Shown one piece after another: positions 1-8,647 of a DNA stretch of 64,000 bases. Position numbers and translations under genes: made by a program. The DNA is from Marispirochaeta sp. (GTDB lineage Bacteria > Spirochaetota > Spirochaetia > JC444 > Marispirochaetaceae): positions 1,792,001-1,856,000 of the forward strand of contig CAXXFF010000002.1 in assembly GCA_963676835.2 (NCBI GenBank), read 5' to 3'. Each line of letters opens with the position of its first letter. Position 1 is the stretch's first letter. The notes below the pieces were generated by a model. The model made no database searches. It was not told where the DNA came from and was given only the letters and a program-made list of their open reading frames with translations.

Positions 1-1078
1 ATACCGAAACAATTTCTGTTTTTGCTATATTTTCCGGCGGGATCTGTTCCAGCGCAGCCCTGATTCCCTCGGTGTAGTTCCAGGGGGTGGTGAGGGCTTT
101 TGCCTTGTACTGAACCCGGTTTTCCTGGAAATCGAAGAGTACAGCGTCGGTGTAGGTTCCTCCGGCGTCTATGCCGAGGCCGTATCTGCGCTTTGCATGG
201 GGCTTTCCGCCTTTTCCCGGAACTGCATATTCCCTGGGGATTTCAGAGTAGGCTCTGCTGCTGCTCTCCGGGGGGGCGGCCTTCATTTTTCTGGCTGCCG
301 GGTCGTAGTAGCTGATCTGCCCCGGGGGAATTATCAGAATCTCATCGTCGCTTTCCCCGGCGGTCAGAGCTTTCTCCAGCAGCCGGTTTGAACCCTTGAT
401 CGTCTCAGTCCGCCAGCCGAACTCCTGGCCGATTGCATCCACATGGCTGCTGTATTTATTGCGGTCCCCCGAACCGGTGTCTATAAAAACCGCCCGCTGG
501 TAGTTTTTTTTCCATGAGTGGGTAACCTGGAGAATGGCTTCGGTGTTTTCTTCTCCATAACGTTTTACCAGCTCTTCCCGGGGGGTGTCGGAGATATCCA
601 GACGGATAGTGCTGTGCGTTTCATTTCTGTTTTCCCCTGATTCGCGGTTCTTTCCGTTCTCTGCCCTTTCACCTTTTTTAGCTTTATCAGCTTTATCAGC
701 TTTCGTTCCTCTGGGCTGAACCTGTTCCTCGTACCAGCCGGCGGAGATGTAATAGGTTCCCGGTGTTTTGCGGAACTCCCTGGCGTATGCGCCGTCGGAA
801 CCGAGAAAGAGGGAGATGCAGTCGTGTACCCTGGGGATAACAAGGGAGGCCTTTCCGGCTTTGAGGCCGGCGGTTCCGCTGCCGCAGAGTCCGTAAAGGA
901 GAATAATCCGATCAGCCTCTGTTTCAGCATTAATGGCTTCCTGCAGGGTTCCCCGAAGGAGGTTCGGTTCGCTGTGCAGGCCTCCTTCAAGATAAGTAAC
1001 CTTAAGATACGGAAAGTCGGGAAGAAGGGTTTCCAGGTCGGTTCTGAACACGCCGCAGGCAATAACAGAGATTTTCAT
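1..1078 (-). CDS. DUF1638-like domain fused to hydantoinase/oxoprolinase N-terminal domain (partial, runs off left edge)
   Basis: Translated by hand; absent from the ORF track because the stop lies outside the window. MKISVIACGVF...LEGGLHSEP...LLYGLCGSG...IPRVHDCISLFLGS...GTYYISAGW (DUF1638-type), then YGLGIDAGGTYTDAVLFD...KAKALTTPWNYTEGI (hydantoinase A N-terminus). Confidence 0.85.
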   Translation of the reverse strand, partial: MKISVIACGVFRTDLETLLPDFPYLKVTYLEGGLHSEPNLLRGTLQEAINAETEADRIILLYGLCGSGTAGLKAGKASLVIPRVHDCISLFLGSDGAYAREFRKTPGTYYISAGWYEEQVQPRGTKADKADKAKKGERAENGKNRESGENRNETHSTIRLDISDTPREELVKRYGEENTEAILQVTHSWKKNYQRAVFIDTGSGDRNKYSSHVDAIGQEFGWRTETIKGSNRLLEKALTAGESDDEILIIPPGQISYYDPAARKMKAAPPESSSRAYSEIPREYAVPGKGGKPHAKRRYGLGIDAGGTYTDAVLFDFQENRVQYKAKALTTPWNYTEGIRAALEQIPPENIAKTEIVSV

Positions 1079-1147
1079 GATTACGATTGTACTCTGCTAT
1101 ATGCTATACGGCTGTGATAAATACGGGGAAAATTGTTATTTTTCCGG

Positions 1148-2272
1148 CTATTTTTCCAGCAGGTTTTCCGGATTCAGTCCATCAAAGGCAGGGTCGGTAA
1201 AAATACCGTCTTTGCGGATTACTCGGCCGTCGAGTTCAATACTTCCGCCGCCGTATTCGGGCCGCTGAATACAGACAAGATCCCAGTGCAGAGCGCTGCG
1301 GTTGCCGTTGTCGGCCTCGGTATAGGCATTTCCCGGAGTAAAATGGAAGGATCCTGCAATCTTTTCATCAAAGAGGGTTTCGTCCATGGGTTCCAGTATC
1401 AGGGGGTTGCATCCCAGGGCGAATTCACCTATGTATCTGGCTCCCTGGTCCATGTCGAAGATGGCATTGATTTTTTCCGTATTATCCGCCGTGGCTTCAA
1501 CTATCTTCCCCTTTGAAAAGGTAAGTTTTATCTCCTTGAAGGTATGGCCGAACTGGGTTGATGGAGCATTGTAGCAGATTGTTCCTTCTACACTGTCTCT
1601 AACCGGGGCGGTATATATTTCCCCGTCGGGGATATTCCTCTCTCCAAAACAGGGAACAACGGGAATATCCTGAATGGAGAAGCTCAGGTCTGTTCCGGGA
1701 CCGCTGATATGAACCTCCCGGGCCTGTTCCAGAGCTTTCTTCGCCGGCTCCATGGCGTTCTGCATCTTTGCGTAATCCACACCGCTGGTAACGGAAAAGT
1801 AGAACTTTTCAAAAGCCCTGGTTGAGAGCCCGGACATGGCTGCCATTCCCGGAGTAGGGTAGCGCAGTACAACCCATTTGGTATCCGGTACCCGAATCTG
1901 CATATGTACCGGCTGGGCAAGATAGGTGCTGTAGAGGCGGTTGAGTTCATCGTCTACATCGGCGGTTTCTTTGGGGTTCTCGTAGCCCCGGATCCCGATA
2001 AAGGCATCCATCATCTTCATGCGGAAGGCTTCAGCTTCGGCAGCTGCTTCAAGACTCTCTCTGGTAGCGCCGCTTAATATCGCCCGGTGAATCTTTTCGG
2101 TACGGCTGTCCACCACGGGAAATCCCCCTGCTTTGTAAACAGCTTCTATCAGGGCTTCGAGCATTTCCTCCGGGATGTCATGACTTTGTATCAGACATTT
2201 TTCCCCCGGCTGAAGATTGAGCGAGTGGTGTACAAGCAGATCTGCCAGTTTTTCCTGCTGGGGATGGATCAT
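1148..2272 (-). CDS. M29 family aminopeptidase (AmpS/AmpT-like)
   Basis: NIPDGEIYTAP, GARYIGEFALG, LFDEKIAGSFHFTPG, NRSALHWDLV motifs; start moved to ATG 2272 behind AAGGAG. Confidence 0.92.
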   Translation of the reverse strand: MIHPQQEKLADLLVHHSLNLQPGEKCLIQSHDIPEEMLEALIEAVYKAGGFPVVDSRTEKIHRAILSGATRESLEAAAEAEAFRMKMMDAFIGIRGYENPKETADVDDELNRLYSTYLAQPVHMQIRVPDTKWVVLRYPTPGMAAMSGLSTRAFEKFYFSVTSGVDYAKMQNAMEPAKKALEQAREVHISGPGTDLSFSIQDIPVVPCFGERNIPDGEIYTAPVRDSVEGTICYNAPSTQFGHTFKEIKLTFSKGKIVEATADNTEKINAIFDMDQGARYIGEFALGCNPLILEPMDETLFDEKIAGSFHFTPGNAYTEADNGNRSALHWDLVCIQRPEYGGGSIELDGRVIRKDGIFTDPAFDGLNPENLLEK

Positions 2273-2378
2273 TTTCGGCTCCTTGAAAAGATTCTCCTTC
2301 AACTATACTAAAAAAATAACCCCCCCGGGTAGTTATTTTCAGTTTTGCGTTCTCTGTATACATTAGTATTTTAGTCAT

Positions 2379-2642
2379 ATGAAAACAGATCTTGAACAGA
2401 CCAATGCAAAAGAAGCACGCCTTACTCTCGATGGTGCCCAGTGCACCTCGTGTGTCTATACCATCGAACACGCCGGCCGCAAGGTTCAGGGGGTGGGTGA
2501 TGTCGCCGTGGATATCAGCAAAGGGGAAATATCTGTCCGCTACGGCGGTAATGCGGGCTCCCTGGAACGGATCAAAGAGATTGTCCACCGCCTGGGTTAT
2601 TCCGCAGAGATTCAGTGGGATTCGGTAAAAGATACGGTATAA
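2379..2642 (+). CDS. Heavy-metal-associated (HMA) domain protein, CopZ-like
   Basis: 87 aa with GAQCTSC metal-binding loop and C-terminal I..LGY. Confidence 0.85.
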   Translation: MKTDLEQTNAKEARLTLDGAQCTSCVYTIEHAGRKVQGVGDVAVDISKGEISVRYGGNAGSLERIKEIVHRLGYSAEIQWDSVKDTV

Positions 2643-2713
2643 GATTTACCCTTCACACTTTTTTCATTCTTCCAGTGTATACTTTATAACGGCAGAATCA
2701 TGAGGAGGTTGAT

Positions 2714-3430
2714 GTGGCCGGCGGTGTACGTATTCTGGTGGCGGAGGATGAACAAAGACTCAACGGGATGATTAGGGATTACCTCGAATCCCTGGGCTAT
2801 GACGTAGTACAGGCCTTTGATGGAGTGGAAGCTATGAAGCTTTTTCACCGGGAGAAGCCTGATATGGCCCTTGTTGATGTGATGATGCCTCTTATGGACG
2901 GGATTGATGTTACCCGTAGAATCCGCGAAATATCCACTATCCCCCTCATTATTCTTACGGCAAAGGCAGAAGAGCAGGATAAGCTGCTGGGACTGGATAC
3001 CGGAGCCGACGACTACATGACCAAGCCCTTCAGTATGAAGGAGCTTGCAGCCCGCATCCGTGCCCAGCTGCGCAGGGTTCAGATGTCTGATCATGCTGAC
3101 GGGTCCGAAGAGAATTCAAACCTCGAATACGGCGGTATCCGTCTCGATTCCTCCTCCCGCAGGGTTGAGGTGGACGGCCGCAGGGTAAATCTTACCTCTC
3201 TGCAGTTTGATCTTTTAAAGGGAATGATGCTCTCCCCCGGCAGAGTCTTTACCCGTATGGATCTCCTTAATCTTGTTCAGAACGACCCCTATGACGGGTA
3301 TGAACGTACCGTTGATGTTCACATAAAAAATCTCCGCAAGCTTATAGAAGCTGATCCAAAGCAGCCCGGATACATTCAGACTGTCTGGGGGGTTGGTTAT
3401 AAACTTGAAACAGAGGACGGTGAAGGGTGA
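2714..3430 (+). CDS. OmpR-family response regulator
   Basis: Receiver domain (AEDE, DVMMP, GADDYMTKPF) plus winged helix (RTVDVHIKNLR, TVWGVGY); GAGGAGG RBS. Confidence 0.96.
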   Translation: MAGGVRILVAEDEQRLNGMIRDYLESLGYDVVQAFDGVEAMKLFHREKPDMALVDVMMPLMDGIDVTRRIREISTIPLIILTAKAEEQDKLLGLDTGADDYMTKPFSMKELAARIRAQLRRVQMSDHADGSEENSNLEYGGIRLDSSSRRVEVDGRRVNLTSLQFDLLKGMMLSPGRVFTRMDLLNLVQNDPYDGYERTVDVHIKNLRKLIEADPKQPGYIQTVWGVGYKLETEDGEG

Positions 3431-4869
3431 AACAGCGACTTTTTATCACCTTCATCGGGGCCTTTACCCTGATAATCTTTCTGGGAGCAGCGGTGAATAT
3501 TGCTTTTGTGGCTGTTTCCTCACGCCGGGCCTATACCCGGATGGTTCGGACAGAAGACCGGATGCAGGCTGAACGTACTGCTCAGCTGGCGGAAGAGTAC
3601 TGTGAGGAGTACGGCACCCTCGATGGACTGGACGAGTTTTTTGCCGTTCCGCCGGTGTTCAGCCGCACCAGAAGCAGCAGGCATATGGGAGACCGCATGA
3701 TGGACAGGCCTCCGGAGTCGGGACCGTTTATCCCTCCTGTCCTGATTATTGCTTCAGACGGAACAACCGTTGCCGATCCCGGACATGTTCTCGAAGGCCG
3801 GATGGCCGATGAAATTGATCTCTCCGCCGGGGTTCCGGTGAATCTCGATGGTAAAACCCTCGGCTGGGTTTTCTCCGGAAGTATGCTCGGACCCGCGCTT
3901 GAGGCTCAGGATCATGAGTTTTTAGGCCTGGTCTGGCATTCTGCGCTTATCTCCTCCCTTCTCTCGGGAATTGTTGCCATAGTTCTCGGAGGTATCCTTT
4001 TTCGAAGTATTGCCCGGCCTGTTGAAGCCCTGGCATCTGCCTCCCGGTCAATCGCCGGTGGAGATCTTACTGCCAGGGTAGGAATAAAACGCACGGATGA
4101 ACTTGGAGAACTTATAACCCAGTTCAACGGAATGGCCCGGTCCCTTGAGAGCTCCGAGGAGTGGAAGCGGAGGATTATCAGCGATTCCGCCCATGAACTG
4201 CGGACTCCTGTAGCCCTCATTCAGGGTGAACTTGAGATGATTCTTGAAGGAGTGTATACCGCCGACAGGGACCGGATTGAAAGTCTCTACAGGGAAACAG
4301 AACTGCTGGCCCGCCTTATCGGCGAACTGGGTGAGCTTGCCGCCGCGGAAGGGGGCCGGATGGAGCTTCAGGTGGAGGAATGCTCCCTGGACCTGCTGGT
4401 GCAGGAGGCAGCCGGACTCTACCATGGTGAGGCTTCAAAAAAAGGGGTAGCCATCGTTCACGACCAGTGCAGCGGCGTTATCCATGGTGATTCCCAGAAA
4501 CTTATTCAGGTAATCAGAAACATCACCGGAAACGCCCTTAAGGCGGTATCTGAAGCTGAAGGGGAAGGGGAAGGGGGCCGTATCGATATTTACACCCTTC
4601 CGGAAGATGGTGGAAGGGGATTACGTCTCTGTATCGATGATTCAGGCCCGGGCATACCGGAGGAGCTTCGGGAGAAGGTTTTTCAACGCTTTTTCAGAAT
4701 CGATTCATCCCGTTCCAGGCAGTCCGGCGGGGTCGGGCTGGGGCTTGCGATATCCAGACAGATTATTCAGCTTCATGGCGGTTCCCTTTCTGTAGACCGG
4801 GGCCGGAACGGCGGAGCCCGGTTTATCATTGAGTTTCCTCCCCAAAAAAGCGGCCGGCCCTTGACTTGA
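3427..4869 (+). CDS. HAMP-domain sensor histidine kinase (BaeS-like)
   Basis: Two TM segments, HAMP, HELRTP H-box, DDSGPGI and GVGLGLAI G-boxes; overlaps the regulator stop. Confidence 0.96.
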   Translation: MKQRLFITFIGAFTLIIFLGAAVNIAFVAVSSRRAYTRMVRTEDRMQAERTAQLAEEYCEEYGTLDGLDEFFAVPPVFSRTRSSRHMGDRMMDRPPESGPFIPPVLIIASDGTTVADPGHVLEGRMADEIDLSAGVPVNLDGKTLGWVFSGSMLGPALEAQDHEFLGLVWHSALISSLLSGIVAIVLGGILFRSIARPVEALASASRSIAGGDLTARVGIKRTDELGELITQFNGMARSLESSEEWKRRIISDSAHELRTPVALIQGELEMILEGVYTADRDRIESLYRETELLARLIGELGELAAAEGGRMELQVEECSLDLLVQEAAGLYHGEASKKGVAIVHDQCSGVIHGDSQKLIQVIRNITGNALKAVSEAEGEGEGGRIDIYTLPEDGGRGLRLCIDDSGPGIPEELREKVFQRFFRIDSSRSRQSGGVGLGLAISRQIIQLHGGSLSVDRGRNGGARFIIEFPPQKSGRPLT

Positions 4870-4897
4870 GGGTTTTTCTCGGGAATATTTCAAGCGT

Positions 4898-5293
4898 ATG
4901 TTCAGAACCTCGCTGAAACCCGGTGACTGGCTTCTTCTCGTTTTCTCCGCAGGGCTTGTTCTGTTTCTTGTTTTCCGCAGTTTCGGCGGGGCCGGGTCCG
5001 CTGCGCTGGTACGTATAGAAGGCAGCGAATCCAGCTATGTTTACCCTCTGGATGCCGAAGTCGAACTGGATGTTCCGGGGCCTCTCGGTTTAACCCATGT
5101 GCATATCCACGAAAATCAGGTATGGATCAGTGACTCCCCCTGTACAGAAAAAATCTGTATTGCCGCCGGGGAAATTCACCGCCGGGGTGATTTCGTCGCC
5201 TGTCTGCCCAACCGGGTGCTGGTACAGATTGAGGGGGGGATTGCAGAATCCGGTACTGAAGATGATGGAGACATAGATGTTCTTGCATTCTGA
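4898..5293 (+). CDS. NusG domain II-containing (DUF1312-type) membrane-anchored protein
   Basis: N-terminal KPGD plus TM helix; SPCTEKIC...CLPNRV motif. Confidence 0.88.
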   Translation: MFRTSLKPGDWLLLVFSAGLVLFLVFRSFGGAGSAALVRIEGSESSYVYPLDAEVELDVPGPLGLTHVHIHENQVWISDSPCTEKICIAAGEIHRRGDFVACLPNRVLVQIEGGIAESGTEDDGDIDVLAF

Positions 5294-5819
5294 TCTGCAC
5301 AGAAAACGGATTGATCTTGTGGCTTTTTTAGGAGCCCTCTGTCTTTTCCTCTCCACCGTTGAGTATCTCTTTCCCAAGCCTGTTCCCTTTATGCGTCTGG
5401 GGCTGGCAAATCTTCCTATTTTAATCTCCTTGAGAATACTTCCCTTTCCCTATCTTATGCTGCTGACTCTGGTAAAGGTTCTGGGCCAGGGGCTGATAAA
5501 CGGTACTCTTGCCTCCTATGTCTTTTTATTCAGCCTGACCGGGTCCTATACCAGTTCTCTGGTAATGTACGCAGTTTCCCGGCTGCCCGGACGCTTTATC
5601 TCGGAAGTGGGTATAAGCCTTGCCGGGGCCCTTACCAGCAATACCGTTCAGGTTCTGCTCTCGATCCTGTTCATATTCGGGAAGAACTCCGGTGTTATTA
5701 CGCCTCTATTCCTTGGTATGGGGACTGGCAGCGGGCTTTTAATCGGGCTCATTGCTTCCGGGTTTGTCCGTCGTTCCCGCTGGCATCAGGAAATACGGAG
5801 GCAGTATGCGGAGAATTGA
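5277..5819 (+). CDS. Gx transporter family protein (heptaprenyl-diphosphate synthase component I-like)
   Basis: E.LFPKPVPFMRLGLAN motif; polytopic membrane protein; follows the NusG-II gene as usual for this family. Confidence 0.88.
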   Translation: MFLHSDLHRKRIDLVAFLGALCLFLSTVEYLFPKPVPFMRLGLANLPILISLRILPFPYLMLLTLVKVLGQGLINGTLASYVFLFSLTGSYTSSLVMYAVSRLPGRFISEVGISLAGALTSNTVQVLLSILFIFGKNSGVITPLFLGMGTGSGLLIGLIASGFVRRSRWHQEIRRQYAEN

Positions 5820-6435
5820 CCGCTTTGCGGGGATTATTTCTCCCGGACACCGTTTTACCTGGGGAATCCTTATGCTGCTCTGTTTTCTTTTTTCCAGTGG
5901 ACTTATTCCCAGGCTGGTTATGACCCTCTTCTTTGCTCTGCTTGCAATACTTGCGGGCAAAAGGATCCGCTTTGGATATTTTGTTTTTATGATATTCTCC
6001 ATAACCGTATTTAATCTGCTGACTCCCTGGGGGCCGGTTCTCTTTTCCGTGGGACGGCTGGCGGTTACCGGCGGTGCACTGGAGGCGGGGGTTACCAAGG
6101 GGCTTACCATCTGCGGTCTTGTTTTTGTTTCTCTCTTCTCCGTCTCTTCGAAGCTTATACTTCCCGGCAGGCTGGGACGGCTTTTAGGCAGAAGTTTCTA
6201 TTACTTTGAACGTCTCTACAGTATGAAAAAAAAGGTCAGAAGGGCTTCCTTTTTTGCTGATATTGATGAAATACTGCTCTCGCTTTTTCCTTCAACCCGC
6301 ACTGAAGTATCTCAGAGGGAAACAGAAGGAGAAGAGGCAGCCAAAACAGAGGTTTCCCAGGTTCAGACCGCCCTGAAAGGGTGGCTGGCGGCAGGAAGTT
6401 CTCTGGCTGCATGTGCGCTATTAATGCTGATATAG
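5806..6435 (+). CDS. Membrane protein resembling the N-terminal part of an ECF transporter T component
   Basis: Hydrophobic; FNLLTPWGPVLF...VT..ALEAG pattern; GGAGG RBS before ATG 5806. Confidence 0.6.
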   Translation: MRRIDRFAGIISPGHRFTWGILMLLCFLFSSGLIPRLVMTLFFALLAILAGKRIRFGYFVFMIFSITVFNLLTPWGPVLFSVGRLAVTGGALEAGVTKGLTICGLVFVSLFSVSSKLILPGRLGRLLGRSFYYFERLYSMKKKVRRASFFADIDEILLSLFPSTRTEVSQRETEGEEAAKTEVSQVQTALKGWLAAGSSLAACALLMLI

Positions 6436-6456
6436 AAGGATCCGGGAAGGTTCTCA

Positions 6457-7125
6457 ATGGCTAAAAAGACAATGGATGTAATAGAAGAGTTCAGAGAGTT
6501 TCTGGTGACCTATTTGCGGGGGAAGACCACCGCAGAGAAGCGAAGTCTCCCCTGGAAAGAGACCTGGCAGTTTGTCGTGGCCCACTCCAACCGGGTGGAG
6601 GCCTATGCTGTGGAACTGATCGAAGCTGCAGGCACCCTTTCTGAAGAAGAGGCTCTGCTTGTAAGGGCAGCCGCGCTGATGCATGATATCGGCTCTCTGG
6701 ATGACCGGAGAAATCACCCCAAAACAGGTGCCAGAATAGCCACGGATTTCTGTCATAACAAACCGCATATTCTGGAGGTGATAAACCCCAAAGTGCTTGC
6801 TTCCATGATAATCGGGCACCGCAAGAAAGACGGAAAAGAGAAAAAGCTGCCCCTGGCAATATTGAAGGATGCGGATATTCTCGATGAGCTTGGTGCCATG
6901 TCGGTCCTGGTTGCATCCTACGAAGTAGATCCCTCAATGCCCAACTATTATGCCCGGGTACTGAAACAGATTGAAAAAAATGAGTTCGGCTTTTTTCGCA
7001 AGCAGGAAGCTCGCTTGTCGACTCCGGCGGCGAAAAAAATCCTGCGCCGGAAGTTTGCATTCATCAAGGATTTCGCCATGAATCTCAGGGATGAGCTTAA
7101 GGGCACCGATGAGCTGAAGCTCTAA
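6457..7125 (+). CDS. HD-domain phosphohydrolase
   Basis: HSNRV...LMHDIG...H...DADILD. Confidence 0.85.
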   Translation: MAKKTMDVIEEFREFLVTYLRGKTTAEKRSLPWKETWQFVVAHSNRVEAYAVELIEAAGTLSEEEALLVRAAALMHDIGSLDDRRNHPKTGARIATDFCHNKPHILEVINPKVLASMIIGHRKKDGKEKKLPLAILKDADILDELGAMSVLVASYEVDPSMPNYYARVLKQIEKNEFGFFRKQEARLSTPAAKKILRRKFAFIKDFAMNLRDELKGTDELKL

Positions 7126-7146
7126 CCACCGGCGTAATTTGTTGTC

Positions 7147-8103
7147 TCAGATATAGGTTCTGAGTTTCATCTCCACCGGATGGGGATGCAGATACCACTG
7201 TTCTGCCAGGTATTCTTCCCCGTATTTCCGTACATAATGATTCAGCATGGTCACCGGGACAATCAGCGGAATATTGCCGTTGCGGTACTGATCCAGAAGA
7301 TCCAGGAGCTCCTGTTTCTCATCTGATGAAAGTTCGGATTTAAAATATCCCATAATATGCTGCAGCACATTAATATGCTTTTTTACTGTTCCCGGATGGT
7401 CCATTGCCTGAAGCAGTTGAGAAAGATATGTCTCCAGCAGTTCCGGAAAGGGTTCTTTTCTTCCTTCTCCAACCAGTTTTCCCATGCTCCGGTAAAGGGG
7501 GACATCGTGGCTCATTATCAGCAGTTTGTGGCGGGTATGAAAATCAACAAGATCCCCATAGCCGGGATCTGATTTCAGCAGATCCCTCCAGCGGCGGAAT
7601 ACAAACACCTTTTCGATAAAGTTTTCTCTCAGCCCCGGATCATGGAGCCGGCCGTCTTCTTCCACGGGAATAAGGGGAAAACGGCGGGTAAACATATCCG
7701 CCCAGATACCCCGGCCATTATGCCAGATATGGCTGCTGTCGGCGGAATAAATTTTTACCCGGTGCAGACCTGATGAGGGTGATTTACTTTTGAATATGTA
7801 TCCGCAGAGATCCATGGGGGCAAGCTCTATCAGCCTTTTTTCGCCCCAGCTCTGCATCATCGCGGTTTTATCGGTTTTTGTTTTATGGGTTATAAGCCGG
7901 TAGTTTTCGGGAGTTCCCTCCAGTCGCATTGATTCCCGGGGAATGGCCATCCCGCATTCCACTTCGGGGCAGACCGGCACGTATTCAAAATATTGTCCAA
8001 AGGTGTTGAGTAAAAAGGCATCTTTTTTGTGTCCCCCGTTGTAGCGGACACTCTTTCCCATCAGGCAGGTGCTGATGGCGATACGTATTGGTGTTTCATT
8101 CAT
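7147..8103 (-). CDS. DUF523 (2-thiouracil desulfurase-like) + DUF1722 protein, YbgA family
   Basis: ISTCLMG..VRYNGGH, VCPEVECG, KSKSPSSG; C-terminal FHTRHKLLIMSH and NVLQHIMGYFK. Confidence 0.92.
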   Translation of the reverse strand: MNETPIRIAISTCLMGKSVRYNGGHKKDAFLLNTFGQYFEYVPVCPEVECGMAIPRESMRLEGTPENYRLITHKTKTDKTAMMQSWGEKRLIELAPMDLCGYIFKSKSPSSGLHRVKIYSADSSHIWHNGRGIWADMFTRRFPLIPVEEDGRLHDPGLRENFIEKVFVFRRWRDLLKSDPGYGDLVDFHTRHKLLIMSHDVPLYRSMGKLVGEGRKEPFPELLETYLSQLLQAMDHPGTVKKHINVLQHIMGYFKSELSSDEKQELLDLLDQYRNGNIPLIVPVTMLNHYVRKYGEEYLAEQWYLHPHPVEMKLRTYI

Positions 8104-8579
8104 GCAGGGATTTCTCCTTCGAAGGAGGAAAATTCCCGCAGCTCCGGGGTGCAGAGATCGGTAAAGCTGGTTTCAAGATAAACCGCCAGCCTGGAGCGGA
8201 TCAGTTCGGAGGTAAAGGGTTCTGCTGCAGGCCCGGGAATCAGCAGCCGGTTGCTGCCGCTCTGTTCGGTGAAAAGAATTCCGGATTCGGTGTGTTGAAT
8301 ATCAAACATCTCAGAATCCAGAATAAGTTTTGCCGCAAGATGCATTTTTACCGAGATATCATGGTAGTAGTGCAGGCCCAGGGCTCCGAAAGAGCCTTTC
8401 AGCCCGTGGATATGACTGGCAAAGGCCTTGTAATCCGCTTCGTGTAATGATTGCTGCAGCGCCCTGAGGTGGGAGTTTATTTCGACCGGCGCCACGCTCA
8501 TCATCTGGTTCTGGTACTCTTTGCTGTAGCCTCTTTCGGCCAGATGGGAGAGAATCTGTTTGTACAGAGAATTGTTCAC
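8100..8579 (-). CDS. Stand-alone Hpt (histidine phosphotransfer) domain protein
   Basis: HIHGLKGSFGALG matches the HxLKGS Hpt box. Confidence 0.7.
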   Translation of the reverse strand: MNNSLYKQILSHLAERGYSKEYQNQMMSVAPVEINSHLRALQQSLHEADYKAFASHIHGLKGSFGALGLHYYHDISVKMHLAAKLILDSEMFDIQHTESGILFTEQSGSNRLLIPGPAAEPFTSELIRSRLAVYLETSFTDLCTPELREFSSFEGEIPA

Positions 8580-8647
8580 ACTACCTCCGGTCTGGTATCA
8601 TGTATAGTAGGAATTGAAGAGTTTTGCAAATGTTACGGGAGATAAAG

